In this document: piece after piece, positions 62,819 through 64,000 of the stretch | Numbering within the stretch: the first letter of the stretch is position 1 | How the letters are laid out: each line of letters starts with the position of its first letter | Origin: Neocallimastix sp. 'constans' | Lineage: Eukaryota | Direction: 5' to 3' | Assembly: GCA_050613775.1 (NCBI GenBank) | Contig: JBODTK010000013.1 | Coordinates: 1,364,001-1,428,000 of the forward strand | Length of the DNA stretch: 64,000 nt | Notes under the pieces: generated by a model | The model's input: only the letters and a program-made list of their open reading frames with translations | The model's database searches: none | What the model was told of the DNA's origin: nothing | Translations under genes and position numbers: made by a program

Positions 62819-64000
62819 GGCAGCAAACTTGTTTCATCTTTATTAATTAAATATTTGATAAAATACATGTAATAAAATAATAAAAAAAAAAAAAAAAAGA
62901 TAAAAAAATAAACAAAAAATAAAACACAAAATAAAAATAAAATAATGGTATAATATATTCTAGTTTCATTTAATTAATATTTGTAAGACTTCACAAGGGC
63001 ATTATTATACTGAAGTATAATAATTAACTTTGACTTCGCAATGTTAATCATAATTTTAAGATACAAAATTATGATCTTCATTGGTTGCGCTAGCCCTGCT
63101 GGCCTGTCTTACTGTTTCTTCAGCATTGACGCTCTTGGTAGTAGTAGTACGATTCGATTTGAACCTATTGAACAAAGACCATTGCTGGCCAATAGCAATA
63201 GGTATAATCGATTGGAGAAGTGCCGCAGTAACCACCAAGAACGGAGTATCAGAATAAGCACCTGATTTCATCTGGCACTTAAATAGATCCTTCCATTCCC
63301 TTGTACTGTTATTAATACTTCGACCTCCAAGAAGGAAATTAAACACTTTTTCACACACACTAGAATCAATATACACATTATTTTCAATACTATTACTAAC
63401 ATTACTAAAAATACTATTACTAATATTATTATTACTATTATAACTATTACTATTATTACTATTACTATTATCATTATTACTATTAACAATATCATTTGTT
63501 AGGTTGCCACGGTAAAAAGCATTATATAAAAATAAAATTTTATCATTAACTTTACTACGAGTATGATTGAAAAAGGGACAATCAATTAACCAATGACTTA
63601 TCCATTGTTTATTACTTTTACAACAGGGACAAAAATTAGGACACATTTGGTCCACTATTTTTGCAGCTTTAGCAATTCTAGCATCTAATCTATATCCGCT
63701 TCGTGCTCTCAATAGCCAATAGAAACCATATGAAAGATCAGGATAGTCATAACAAAGTTTTATAAATTTTGATGTTTCTTCGAATTTGTTTTTGTCATAA
63801 AACTCAGCTTTAATAGAATTGATTTTCATATCTCTTTTCCAATAAAAATCCTTGATTTTATTATCGTTATTACCTCTTTTCTCTAGTTTACGTTTAAGAG
63901 TTCTACTTTCTTTTGTCCATGTATATTTTCTAGATTTTGGAATATTATTAACTAAATAGGAAATAATACAATTTGAATTTTTCCATTTATCAAAACATTT
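62615..64000 (-). mobile_element. LINE 3' end (ORF C-terminus with CCHC knuckle, 3' UTR, poly(A)); continues beyond the window
   Basis: ORF 63056-63829: LLRARSGY...CPNFCPCCKSNKQWISHWLIDCPFF; T-runs at 62788-62815 and 62615-62634. Confidence 0.85.

Overview
Extremely AT-rich, intron-rich eukaryotic DNA with long homopolymers and (AAT)n microsatellites. Composition, gene structure and a flagellar ARL13 gene suggest an anaerobic gut fungus (Neocallimastigomycota); this is inferred, not proven. Host genes: NAD(P)HX dehydratase (NAXD/CARKD, 10 exons, +), a giant coiled-coil protein with about 310 EKERL-type pentapeptides (-), a RAD5/HLTF-like SNF2-RING helicase (-), an ARL13-like ciliary GTPase (-), a disrupted bacterial-type acyltransferase-3 gene (+) and a Ser/Lys-rich protein with an N-terminal SERTA-like motif (+). 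Mobile DNA: one intact, very young Ty1/copia element (15080-21269), copia RT and LTR relics, and four fragments of one LINE lineage. The most notable system is the copia element. Its 339-bp LTRs look identical and end TG...TA, it sits inside an (AAT)n microsatellite, and its primer-binding site is complementary to the anticodon arm of tRNA-Lys(CUU). That implies priming by a 5' half-tRNA-Lys rather than a tRNA 3' end or half-tRNA-iMet, and the site is folded into a hairpin by a downstream anticodon mimic.
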